A stretch of 64,000 bases of DNA, taken from assembly GCF_009834535.1 (NCBI RefSeq), contig NC_045697.1:14324001-14388000 (forward strand). The letters run 5' to 3'. The position numbers and the translations under genes are program-made. Below, piece by piece: positions 38,299 to 49,510 of this stretch (position 1 is its first letter; each line of letters starts with the position of its first letter). Origin of the DNA: Camelus ferus. Taxonomy: Eukaryota. The notes below the pieces were generated by a model. It was not told the DNA's origin. It made no database searches and saw only the letters and a program-made list of their open reading frames with translations.

Positions 38299-38460
38299 GG
38301 AAAGGAAAGAGAGAGAGATCAGCCAAATAAACATAATTTATTTTGCAAGCAGAATTCAGAGAGAGAGGAAAGAGAGGCCAGAACTTACTGGATGGCAAAC
38401 TAAATCTACCTCATTCTCAACTCTTCTGTTTGTAAAAGATTCTTAAAATGAAGAAAGATT
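37755..38460 (+). mobile_element. MLT1 LTR fragment followed by MaLR internal sequence (MLT1-int)
   Basis: agattttaaaaaatgaccacgaatcc...ttggccatgtgccttggtttggcca (LTR), then gtggcacctagaagtggggagctgctgcaacag...tgcttttagctgctta (internal). Confidence 0.6.
38262..38318 (+). repeat. Compound microsatellite (CA)n-poly(A)-(GGAAA)2-(GA)n
   Basis: Read directly from the sequence. Confidence 0.9.
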
Positions 38461-38489
38461 TGGAGCCAGAGGGAAAAAGTCATGTTATA

Positions 38490-39570
38490 TTCGCAGGAAT
38501 GACTGCAAGAATGGCAGCAGACATCTCATCATAAACAATGCAAGGTAGAAAACAATAGAGCAAAATCCTTAAACTCCCGAAAGAAGAAAAAATGTCAACT
38601 TAGAGTTTTTTACCCAGTGAAAGTCTCTTTCAAAAACACAGGCAAAATAAAGACATTTTTAGACAGTAAGTGTGGAAAGACATGAGCAGCAGTATACCTG
38701 CGCTGTAAGAACTGTTGAGGGACGTCAGTCAAACAGAAGAAAAATGAAATCAATAGAAATTTGGTTCTACATAAAGAATGAAGAGTAATGAGAGTGGTAA
38801 CTATATGGATAAATAAAAAAACTTCTTTATTTTAAATATCTTTAAAAGATAATCAATTGCTTGAAGCAAAATCAGTAACCATGTTTTAAAGTTATATTAT
38901 ATGTAAAATACAATGTATAGAAACAACAGCACAGAAGCCAAAAGCAGAGAAATGAAAGTTTACTGTTGTAAGATCCTTTTTATTATGTGTGAAGAAAAAT
39001 AATATCACTTGATGATAGACTGTGATGGGTTAAAGATACATGCTTTAAATCCTAAAGCAAACACTAAACCACAGAACTACTAACAACATCATAAAACTTT
39101 GTAACTTGTCATGGTTAATTTTATGTCTTAACTTAGCTAGGCCACAGAACCCAGATACTTGATAAACACTATTCTAGATGTTTCTTTGAAGGTATCTTTA
39201 AAATGGGGTTAATTTTTAAATCAGTAAACTTTGAGTAAAGATTTTCTTACATAATATGAGAGGATGTCATCCAATCAATTAAAAGCCTTAAGAAATAGAC
39301 CGACTGCCCTTGAGCAAAGGGGGAATTGGGCCAGGAAACTACCTCTGGGTTCTTCCCTGAATCTCCAGCCTGCCAGCCCACCCTGTAGATTTGGACTTGC
39401 TAACCTCACAGTCATATAAGCCAATTCCCTGAGATAAATCTCTCTCTATATATATGCATATCCAACTGGTTCTTGTTTCTGGTGGACCCTGACTAATACA
39501 CTAAGAAGACAAAAAAGGAAACAGAATTAAATAATAAAAAATTACTAAATTAATACACAAGAATCATTAA
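38490..39570 (+). mobile_element. Old L1 fragment: ORF1 C-terminus and inter-ORF region, interrupted by MLT2
   Basis: agaatggcagcagacatctcatcataaacaatgcaaggtagaaaacaatag...tgtcaacttagag...tacccagtgaaagtctctttcaaaaac...aaaataaagacattt is a decayed RMxADxSSxTMQxRxQW...CQxR..YPxKxSFKN..IKTF of L1 ORF1. Confidence 0.8.
39107..39500 (+). mobile_element. MLT2-family (ERVL) solo LTR nested in L1
   Basis: tgtcatggttaattttatgtc...tcatccaatcaatt...ctccagcctgccagcccaccctgtagatttggacttgc...accctgactaataca. Confidence 0.88.
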
Positions 39571-40614
39571 ATGAGAGAAGTTCTTATATCTTCTGTGAAA
39601 TGGACATCAATAATTACTCATAGTGTGGTGATGACAATCAAGGGGCTATCGATCTGTGAAAATATGTGTAAAATCCTGAGCACTAAATAGTGTAGCAATT
39701 CTTAAAAAGATTTGCTTCATTACTGTCAGTAATTATGTCCTGGTTTCCATTTTAATTTTTTAATTTACTCATTTCCTATTATAATTCTCAGTAATGCAGT
39801 CTTTCTGAGTCAGAGCTTATATATTCTTGATCCAGTGACTCAAGCCAGCATGCCTCTTTTCTCAAATTTGAGAGAAGTTTTTGATGTAGAGTAAACAAGA
39901 AAGATGGAAATAATTAAGAAATAAATCCCCCAGAAGTTTAGGATCCCAAATAAAAATGGTTTTCTATGAATATATAATATGCATAAAACAGGTACAGTGA
40001 CTAATAATAGATGAAAATAATCCATATTGCATCATAAGTTGATTTCCTACATACCAAAATTTTCAATAAATAGCTATTTTAATAACATAGGTGTTCAAAA
40101 ACCCAGCAGTTTGTGCAGGTGCAAAATTCTGAAATAAACAGCCCATCTATATTTTCTGTGTCTCTTGAGTAAGACATTTGATACGTTCTATTGTTCTAAT
40201 TTAGAAGAAATGAGGGCAGGCCCTTTGACCCTAGTTGTCTCTGTTTTGCGATAATGTTTCCCTTTGCCAACCCTTACAACGAATGTAAAAATCCAGTTTT
40301 AGTGCCACAACTGAAAAGGGCTCAAGTGTCACTGGATTTTTCCAAGTGGGTATTTTCTGTTTTTGTCTACATTTGTATTCCACTCATTTAATGGAGGGAA
40401 GTAATAGAATTTTTCTCTCTGCTATAGAAGCAATTTCAGAAGTACACAGGTGCAAGGTTAGAAACTATATTTTAAAAAACCAAAAAGGGAAAACAAGATG
40501 ATTGATTGGTTTTGAACCCTAAGGTCTTCCAACATAATAATCAAGCATACTTGGAATATCAAGTTGTGTCTTCAGAGAAGTGCACCCTGAAGTCCACTGA
40601 AGCAGTCATCATGG

Positions 40615-41195
40615 TTTGGTAGAAAGAATTCTAAGGTGACCCCTTTGTGTACACACCGTGGGAAATTGATAGACTTCACTCTGTGGTTCGGACATGCAAT
40701 ACAGTGCAGTTGACCTGTAACCTGTAAAGTAGGCAGTGGGCCTGACCTAATCACATGAGCATCACATAAAAGCAGAGAGCTTTCTCTGGCTGACCGAAGA
40801 GGAATAAGCCTGAAATAGGAAGCAGAAAAATCTGAATCACCACTGCTGGCTTAAAGACAGATGGGATTTGATGGCAAGGAATGTATGCGGTCTTCTAAGA
40901 ACTTAAAGTAGTCCTAGCTTGTCCATCAGCAAGGAGACAGGAAATCAGTAATACAGCCCTGAGGGACTGCTATCTGACAAAAGCAAGAATGAGCTTGGAA
41001 GTGAATTTTCCCACAGGGTCTCCAGAAAATAACCCAGCTAGGCAGACATCTGGGTTTTGGCTCTGTGATTCCCTTGGTAGAGAACCCAGTGGTGCTGTGC
41101 TGGACTTTTAACTCCCAACCATCAATTAGTAAGTGGGTATTTTTTAACCCTTACATTTATGATAATTTGTTATGCAGCTGTAGAAAACTAATACA
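40615..41195 (+). mobile_element. MLT1E-like MaLR solo LTR with 5-bp TSD
   Basis: Starts tttggtagaaagaattctaaggtgacccc and ends ttgttatgcagctgtagaaaactaataca. Exact TSD CATGG at 40610-40614 and 41196-41200. Confidence 0.88.
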
Positions 41196-42042
41196 CATGG
41201 TTTGGATCCTACCCAAAGAGTTTTTGTTCATTACTTTATATTCATTAATTTACTTATTCAGCCATTAATTTCTGAATGCATTCATTAAGTACATCCTGTG
41301 TGCCAGGCTCCAAGCTTTCTCAGGAGTTTTTAACTCTGAGGCAGTTTCATGGCCCAAAGCCTGAAGACTATGTTATCAGGATACAGGAATGTAATATCAC
41401 CCACTCTCTCTAAACATGATCAAATACAGATGACGTAGACACTCTGCAAGTTGGAGAACTAACGATTCAATAAGTCATTTTGTGGCTCATTTAGAAAGCA
41501 TGGTGGGCATTGTGAAAAGCTGTAGATACTGCCCATATTTTGAAAAATGAAGGCTGTAGATGACAGCACGTCACCTAACTATTTTGGCTGTCTCACAGGC
41601 TTACAGAAATTTCCCCATAGCTTTCCAGATAGCCAATGATGCTCATCCTACAAGTTCCACACACAGTGTCCCAGGCCACTTTAATTAATATACAATTTTT
41701 TTTTTACAGAGATGGGGAAGGAAACAGGAAGCTGACTAGGGTTTGCCGTCAGAGAATCCTTCCCAGCTGCGCTGATGTCCACTCCATCCATTATACAAAT
41801 CTCATGCCTTTGGGGAAATGAAATTCCTGGCCTCCTCTGGGTTTTTCTTATTAGACCAGGAGAGAGTGAATTAACATACCTCTGCCCAACATAGAGCTTT
41901 CTTCCTGAACGAGAGAAAAAATCGGGTGGCCAGACATTTCATGGCCCCTGCAGGTGGCTGAGGAGACTGGGTACAAACTGATTCCTGGTCTGATCAATTG
42001 CTGATCAGTTTGTACCCTGTCTCTTCTGAGAACCATGGACTG

Positions 42043-42232
42043 TCTTCTCTTCCTCTCTTTCTCTTTCTTCCCCTCATCTTCCCTCTCTCATTCTCTCTCC
42101 TCCCTCCTCCCCTCCCTGCCTGCTCCCTTCCTCCCCTCCTCCCTTCTGTCCGTTTCCTTCTCCTTCCCCTCTCCCTCTGCCCCTCCCTCCCTCCTGGACT
42201 ACCTCTCTGTTTCTCCATCTCTTCCTTTCTCA
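42043..42232 (+). repeat. About 190-bp C/T low-complexity polypyrimidine/polypurine tract
   Basis: Almost purely C/T. It explains the low-complexity ORFs at 41994-42348. Confidence 0.9.
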
Positions 42233-42389
42233 TGTCTTTAATCACCTTTCATTATCCCAAAGTCCATTTATGGTCCTCTCTTCCCTTCTTAGGAGGTAAC
42301 CAACATTTTGTGTTTGCTGTGTGTCCTTCCAGACCACTAATTTTATAATTTTAATTTATACATTCCTGTAGAAAATATAAAGTCTTGGG

Positions 42390-42712
42390 GACAATAACAG
42401 TGTTGGCGAGGATGTGGCCCAACAGGGACATTTAGATTCTGCTGCTGGATTGTTTGCTGCCACTAGCTCTGTGGAAACCACTCCAACTTACCAAGTAAAA
42501 TTTGCAAACCCTATAAACCAGCATATCTTTCTTCCTGGGCAAATATTCTAGATGCAGTCTTACTGATGTGCACCAAGAAAGATGTACATCACAGGAGCAA
42601 AATACTGGAAACTTTCTGTCATGTGCATTGAGAGAAAGGTGAATAAACAGTTGTGGTATACTCAGTTAATAGAATATCATATGTCATTGAAAATGAATGA
42701 ACTGCTTTACAC
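42390..42712 (+). mobile_element. Old L1 (L1ME-like) ORF2-end/3'UTR fragment
   Basis: gacaataacagtgttggcgaggatgtgg...gaataaacagttgtggtatactc...atagaatatcat...aaaatgaatgaact. Confidence 0.65.
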
Positions 42713-42713
42713 A

Positions 42714-42984
42714 TCTATTAATTTCCTACCGCTCTGATAACAAAGTGCCACAACAAGGTGGCTTCAAATAACAGAAATGTATTGCCTCTCTCTTAGCTTT
42801 TGGCAGCCTTAGGCATTCCTTGGCCTGGAGATGGCTGTCTTTTTCCTATTGTCACATGGGGCGTTCCCTGTGTGTCTGTCCCTCTCTGTGTCCAATTTCC
42901 CCTTTTTATAAGGACACCAGTCATAGTGAATTGGGTCCCACTCTATTCTAATGTAACCTCATTCTAACTAATTACATCCCTGAC
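42714..42984 (-). mobile_element. Internally deleted MLT1B/C LTR
   Basis: ataacaaagtgccacaacaaggtggcttcaaataacagaaatgtattg...ttttataaggacaccagtcata...ctaattacatc. Confidence 0.75.
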
Positions 42985-43127
42985 CTCAGGGATTGCATAT
43001 TACAGTCAGATCCTGGGCCCCAGCCCTGAATCCTTCCCCAGCATCCTCTCTTGTTCTCCCTATTTGACACCCAAACTGTTTTTTTGTTTTGTTTTGTTTT
43101 GTCATTTTTCCTATCATTTTTCTAATC

Positions 43128-43245
43128 CAAAGTTTCTCGAAGTGTGGTCCCCAGACAAGTAGCATCCACAAGTCCCTGGAACTTAGAAATGCAAATTCTT
43201 GGGCTTCATGCCAGACTTGAGTCAGACACTCTGGAGGTGGGGCTG
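43128..43245. mobile_element. MER5A hAT-Charlie MITE, partial
   Basis: gtttctcgaagtgtggtccccagac...gcatc...cttagaaatgcaaattcttgggc...tcagacactctggaggtggggc. Confidence 0.8.
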
Positions 43246-44315
43246 TAAGCCCTGGCCCCATCATCTGAGATCTCACTTAGACCTGGCAATGGGCTCTAAA
43301 TTACCTTCGCTTAGACTGTGGTTCTAATCGTACCATTCTCCTGCTGAAAATTTGATATTGGCTGTCCAGCGTCTTTCGCGTAAAATAAAAAAGGCATGAC
43401 TTCCAGACCGTCAGACATCTGGCTCCTGCTTCCACCTCTAACTTTATCTTCTCTCAGCCCTTCTTTCTCCCACCTCTCAGGTCACAAGCTCATCCCACAG
43501 TCTGGCAGTGAATAAAGATGTGTATTCCCTGAGTGGCCCCGCTCTCTGGAATCTACAGGAGCCTTTCAGAAAGCAATTTCCTCTCCTTCTTTCCTCCTTG
43601 CCACCCTGCATCAGGCTGGGGTTTCTTCTTAGGGTTCTCCGTCCTCTGTATCACACCAAAAATCACCGTGGGTTTTTTTTTTTTCTTAATTAGCCCACTT
43701 GGGTCCTTGAAAGATGTGAAGTTCTTTTAAAATGCAAAAACATAATATTTTTGCAAAGGGAGCAAAATTCAAGGTCTCTGGAAGGAAACACAAGAAAACA
43801 TTTATTGAGTTTTCCTCTGAGGAGGAGGCCGAAAAGTGGGGTTAGGGTGGGGGGTAGTTCTACCACCTGCACTTTTGATTGGTTACCATGATCCTGCTTT
43901 ATTTTTGTTCCCTAACAATCAGCTTAAACATTAAAACACATTTGTCACAGGGTGCATGGTTGTGTGTGTCACAGGGGGAAGCAATGTTAAAGGGTAAGAA
44001 ATTGGGCAGAAAAGAATAAAAGCAAGGCTTGAAATCAGTAAGAACTGGGGAATGAGGAAAAATGCATGTCCTAATCACTATTCTAGTTTTTCTCAACCTT
44101 GAGAAATGTATGGCAGCCTTTTAAAATGTATAATTGTCCCTTGAGTTTCTTCCTTGTGTTTTCAAATTATTTTTATTACTTCTTATTCAAACTTGTATAA
44201 ATGAAAAAAATGTGTGTTGATGGTAGCATAATCCATCCTAATTTTTATAATTTTTATTTATTAAGTAAATTAATTAATTTATTAAATTTTATACATTAAA
44301 GGATAAAGGATATTT

Positions 44316-44389
44316 TATATATATATACACACACATATATATATATACACACACTCCCTCTATATATATGTGTGTATATATATATATAA
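44316..44389. repeat. Compound (TA)/(CA)/(TG) microsatellite, quasi-palindromic
   Basis: tatatatatacacacacatatatatatatacacacac tccctc tatatatatgtgtgtatatatatata. Confidence 0.85.
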
Positions 44390-44968
44390 TTTATTGTTAA
44401 TTTTAATAAATCTAGAAAGAAAGTGGTAGCACTGGGTTTTGAAACAAAGTATCTGATTGTAGACTGTGCAATGTTCTTATACAGCTATGAAACTAAATTA
44501 AATGAACGAGTTAAACTAAATTAAACACATTAAAAAGCCAGTTGATTTTAAACTAACAACATTGATTTAATAAGATAAGTGCCGCTGTTTTGCTGAGACA
44601 GAATTGCCCCTCCCAGCGTGAACACGGAGCAGAATTCCACGCCACGTGGAACAAATTCCCCTCCTCGCCAGCCTGCACGGTTCCGCCATGGCGGTGGGCT
44701 GTGTGCTGGGCTAATTCTCTCATCATCTTTTGAGCAACTGGAAATCTTTATTTGTAGAATTGCCTTTATGACATTCGGTCTTCTCTTAGACCAAACATGT
44801 CATTTACGGCTAATTACAGTTAATGTTAACCTTCTTATTTCCTCATTCCCTCATGTCAGTGCAAACAGTACGACTTGGCACCAGCACAAAAATTAGTGCA
44901 AACACCGTTCGAAGACCCTGCAATCACATGGCAGTTTTCAGAAATGAGGTCATTCAGGGATCCTCCAA

Positions 44969-45220
44969 CAGGGGTCGGTAAACTGTGACCTGTGGGCCAA
45001 CTCTGGTATACTGCTGTTTTTGTAAGGTCCGTGGGCTAAGAAGGGTCCTTACGGTTTTATGTATTTATTTTTATTTTTTTTATTTCTTGGTCCTTATAGT
45101 TTTAAACAGCTGAGTAAAAGAGAGAGAGAGAAAAAACAATACATGATAGAGATGCACGTGGCCCACAAAACCTAAAATATTTACTATCTAGCCTTTTTGT
45201 AAAAAGTTTTCTGATCCCTG
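44969..45220 (+). mobile_element. MER58 (MER58C-like) hAT-Charlie MITE
   Basis: TIRs caggggtcggtaaact ... agttttctgatccctg and an 8-bp hAT TSD tcctccaa/tccttaaa (6/8). Internal gtggcccacaaaacctaaaatatttactatct. Confidence 0.88.
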
Positions 45221-48200
45221 TCCTTAAATATCCTTATGTCATTTAAATAAAAAGATTATCATGAAGTAAAAACACAAACTGGACAACATTTTTCAAGAAA
45301 GATGAAGGACCCCTGGGAAGAGATTTTCAGAAAGCCAGAAGGAAAACACATTTCTACCTACTAGACAATGTGGTCCGTTACTCATCGTCCGGTATTTGTG
45401 AGATAAAATCACAAACGGACCACTGCCCAGGAGAAGCACAACCATTTTTGGTACAAAGACCAAACAGAAGTTACTCCCAGGATTATCATGAGGGGGACAC
45501 TATGGAATGGAAGGACGTCCTCTCTGGCGTGCCTTCAATAGATGTAACAGCAAGTTTCATATAACCATCCTTCACAGAGCCAATGACATCATACCAATGT
45601 GGTTGAGTAAAGGCAGTTTTCAAGGGACCTTGGACTATGGGCCAGGTATTTGGGTTTCTATGGATCTAGCTCAATGTAAGACTAAGTTATAGACTCAGGG
45701 AGTATGCAGACTGGATGCCCTTGAATCCAGGAGACTTGGATGTCTTGGAGATTTGGATGCAAATCTCCCTCAGTATCTTCTCTCTTGGAGTTGCTGTGTG
45801 ACTAACTGAGGGAAACACCTTGACACAACTTGTGTGTGTTGCCAGCTGAACTCATACCTATTTCGTGTTCACTATGAAAGAACACAGTGCAAAACACTTA
45901 ATGATGCCACTGAAGCAACAGATCTGCTGCTTTAGACAGCTTCTCTCTTCACGTTGCAAAAATGACAGAGGGCACGTGAGCGGTCACAACCCTGCAATAG
46001 CATCCATGTCAGTAGGCACTGAGAAGAAATCTCTTGTCTCGATTTGGTTAGAAGCAACTATATGCAGCTCTCTCAAGAGACCAATCACTGTATTTATTAA
46101 ATTTTATACTTTAAAGGATATAATTCTTCACATCTGTTTCTAAACACAATCATTTATATTTTATTAGTAACTGTTGAGTTGCCTGGCTCATCACGCTTTG
46201 TGCTGGTTCAGCCAATGTGGAATGATCGGAGCGCACACAGCCCAGGTGCTCCTTTTGAGAAACCCCAACTGGCTCTTCAGTAAAGGAGTGGCAGTCACAT
46301 ACGCTGGATGGGCTGACAATTCTGCTGTAACTGATTGACGGTCAGCCACTCCTCCGGGTCAGAGGAGTCCACACCTGGAGTTAATAAGGGAGAGCTACTT
46401 ATGAGAGGACTTCAGGTCACCATGAGGAGCCACCTACCCCCGTCTCCACCTCTACGTGCACACTTTTTTCTGGAAGCTCTATTCAACTTAGACTTTAAAA
46501 CCAGATCTCAGTGATTTACCGACCACCAGCTGTTTACTGCCTTGTCCTCTCTCCCCCTCAGCAAAGTTGATGAGCCCTTTAGAATCAAGGGCTGCTGGTC
46601 GGATTTCCAGCTCAGCCCAGGGATGGAGTGAAGGTGCATTTGTCACCCTGCACCTTCTACACTTGGGACCCCTTGAGCATAAACAGCTTATGTCTCTCGT
46701 ATCAGAGTCCTCTGGGGGTGGCAACCTCACATTTGCTATTTAGCTGTCTAATCTCTGCAGTGACAGTGAGAGTCCATACTCCACAAATCAGTGGGACGTG
46801 GGAGCCACTCAGACAGACTGTGGCCCAGGAGTTTTAAGAAGAAAACAAGAACCGGAACACACACGTTTCCTTCCAACACGCGTGTCTTCCTGCCCCCCAG
46901 TGGGTGCACTGTGAGGTTAGAGGGAGTTAGGGTTGGGATGGAGGAACACTAGGAGCCTGTGTTCTTGTTGTTGTACTTACTTAAATCCCTTCCCCCTATA
47001 TATAAAAATAGATTAAAAAAAAAAAGAAGTTTCTTTGTATAGCACAGCCACCACACAAGCCATAACGTGCTATAAAGTGCAAGGAGGGACTTGCATCCTG
47101 GCACCTCTCTGCCTAGATTTGGACTCAGGTTGCTGCTTTCTGTCTCTCTTCACTCCTGAAATGAATGTAGAAATCCTCAACAACCTGGCTGCATATTTCC
47201 TGGCCACCAATTGTATTATCAGGATGAGTTTCAATTGCTGTCAGCCTGGAAGTCCTAGGGGACAGTATCTACTTTCCTATTATCAGCGATGCCCAGATAA
47301 TACACTTACTATCTTGCAATTTCATATGAATTTTTCTTTCAACAGACATTTACAAACATGAAATTTTAGAGACTGGTGGTTGTTCCACAGGGGTGGCAAG
47401 CAGCTGCAGCTCATCTCAGGTGTCTGCTCGTATACACACTGTTTGTTCAAAACTTCCTCCTCCATGGCAGGTTGAAACCCAGCCCTGCTCCAACATGAGA
47501 TGTCCAGAGGTTACTGCCTGTGGGAGTGCTGACAAGCCAGCTATTTGCGGCAGATACTCAGAGGCAAAATTGGAGAATTCTGATTTCTTCAGCAGCGCTG
47601 CTCTGGACAGGAACCCGCGTGAACCTGATCTGACTCACTCAGGCCAAGGTGAATACTCTGATGTGTACAACCACCCACAGCCCTCAGGAGTATTCACCTC
47701 TCTTTGGCAACCGGGGCCAATCTGCTGCTCTCTGGCTCCCAGCATGGACAGTTCATCACTTGAAACAATTTTCCCCATTTTGGTTGTCCTTGGAGAACAA
47801 AGGCTGCAAAAGCAAACCATTGTTCAAGCCAAAATTCATTTCGTGGAGAAAATGAGACACGTGGACCAGTCTTTCTGTCCTTTATTTTATCGTCCCCTCT
47901 GGCATCCGTTTATGGATCTGATTTGATTTCTGTTTTCATTTTGAGTCTTTTCTCTGTGACCTTAGGTCAGAGACAATATCAAAAGCAATGTGTTTTTGTG
48001 GGTTAATTCATCTGAGTCAATGGAAGAAGAGAGAGGGAACAAAAATGGAACAGAAGAGAGAGTGAGAGAGGTTGAGAGAGAGAGAGAGAGAGTTCGGCTC
48101 CAACTGAGACTAAAGCTACATCTGTATGAAAGGGAAAAACGACTAGTTGGATCTGGAACTCTGATGAACCCTGACGCTGTTTACAATGTAACAAGCAGCT

Positions 48201-49067
48201 GAAAGCTTCAACACTGTTACAGTTTCACCCTCCATTAATGCTTTATCCCATCTGCCTGGTCACCAAGATGAATGGAAAGGGCTGGAGCTGGGAAGGGTTA
48301 ACGGGGAGATAACCAGCGGCAAAAATCAACACAACATATTATTTTTGCCATTGAAATAGCGAATTTTTGTCATGAGCATTTGAGATAACAAATTGTTTTC
48401 ACAAATATTCTGGATTTGCCTTTTGTAAAATATCATAAAACTTTCAAATCATATCTCCAGGGGAGCCTTGGCAGGCTTTCATTAAATGCAGCTGTGTGCT
48501 TGTCAAAGCCAGCACCATTTGGTGCTTCCAGGGAAATGGGGAGCTGGCATGTTGGCCCTGGGGCATCGATAGAGATGGCCGATGCACATGAAGTGGGTGA
48601 AGGAAGTGAACTTAACATTACTGAGGAGTATGCTGAGTGGCTCCCCGTGGCTGGTGCCACCACTGATGCCAAATCAGGAGGATGGAAACTTCCCTTAAGT
48701 TAGAGAGGAAAAGTAACGCACAGGCTATAAGTTCTTTTCAAGGATTAGACACCCAAACTCTACCATTTCCAAAATGTCCAAATGGGAAAACAAATGATCC
48801 AGTGAATTTTGTTCAAAGATAATCAAAGCAAAGAGGCAGAATTCTCCTTCAGGTGAATTAAATTGTAAATAGGGAACATTTTTAGCAAGCTTGTTGATTT
48901 AGTGACACTTGGTTCAGTTTTCAACTCTCCTTTAGAGACTTTCTCTTCCCATCCCCATAAAAAATGAAAAACAATTAAATGGATATAATCAATGCTTAAA
49001 AATTAGAAAAAATGAGGGTATTAGCACTTAATGGAAATCAGTTTTGCTTATTAAGTGTGATATAAGG

Positions 49068-49452
49068 CCATGGCTTCAGACTTCAGTCTGGATTTAGGAT
49101 TGCCTTGGATATATGTTAAAAATACACATGCCCAAATAAATAAATAAAATGAGTAAATTAACAGAAAAATATGGGGATGGTTATAGCTCAGTGGTAGCGC
49201 ACATACTTAGCATGCATGAGGTCCTGGTTTCAAACCCCAGTACCTCCATTAAAAATAAATAAACCTAATTACTCCTTTAAATAAATAAAATAAGTAAATT
49301 AACAACAAAGAAATTATACATATCCAGCCTAGGCCAATCCTAATGATTCTGATTAAGTTGGTCTTGGGTGCAGCCCAGGAATTTCATTTTAAACAAGTTT
49401 CCTAGGTGATTCTAATGATGGTAGTTCATGGACTATTCTTTGAGAAATGGTA
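49068..49452. mobile_element. MER5A-like hAT MITE interrupted by the SINE
   Basis: Left part ...tgttaaaaatacacatgccc. Right part gattctgattaagttggtcttgggtg...ttttaaacaagtttcctaggtgattctaatg...ctttgagaaatggt. Confidence 0.7.
49173..49309 (+). mobile_element. Vic-1-type tRNA-derived SINE (camelid-specific family)
   Basis: ggggatggttatagctcagtggtagcgcacatacttagcatgcatgaggtcctggtttcaaaccccagtacctcc, with A box TAGCTCAGTGG and B box GGTTTCAAACC, followed by the tail aaataaacctaattac...aaataaaataagtaaattaacaac. Confidence 0.88.
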
Positions 49453-49470
49453 TCTTATAATATATGCATG

Positions 49471-49510
49471 GTGTGTGTGTGTGTGTGTGTTTGTGTGTGC
49501 GTGTGTGTGT
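49471..49510 (+). repeat. (GT)~20 imperfect dinucleotide microsatellite
   Basis: Read directly from the sequence. Confidence 0.95.

Noticed and set aside
41994..42348. Arg/Gly/Glu-rich and Leu/Pro/Ser-rich ORFs
   Set aside because: Artefacts of the C/T low-complexity tract.
47393..47926. 177-aa plus-strand ORF
   Set aside because: GTG start, no recognisable domain, Ser/Cys/Pro-rich composition typical of non-coding DNA, and antisense within an intron.
49173..49245. tRNA-like sequence with A and B boxes
   Set aside because: The stems are degenerate and it carries a SINE tail, so it is a Vic-1 SINE rather than a tRNA gene.
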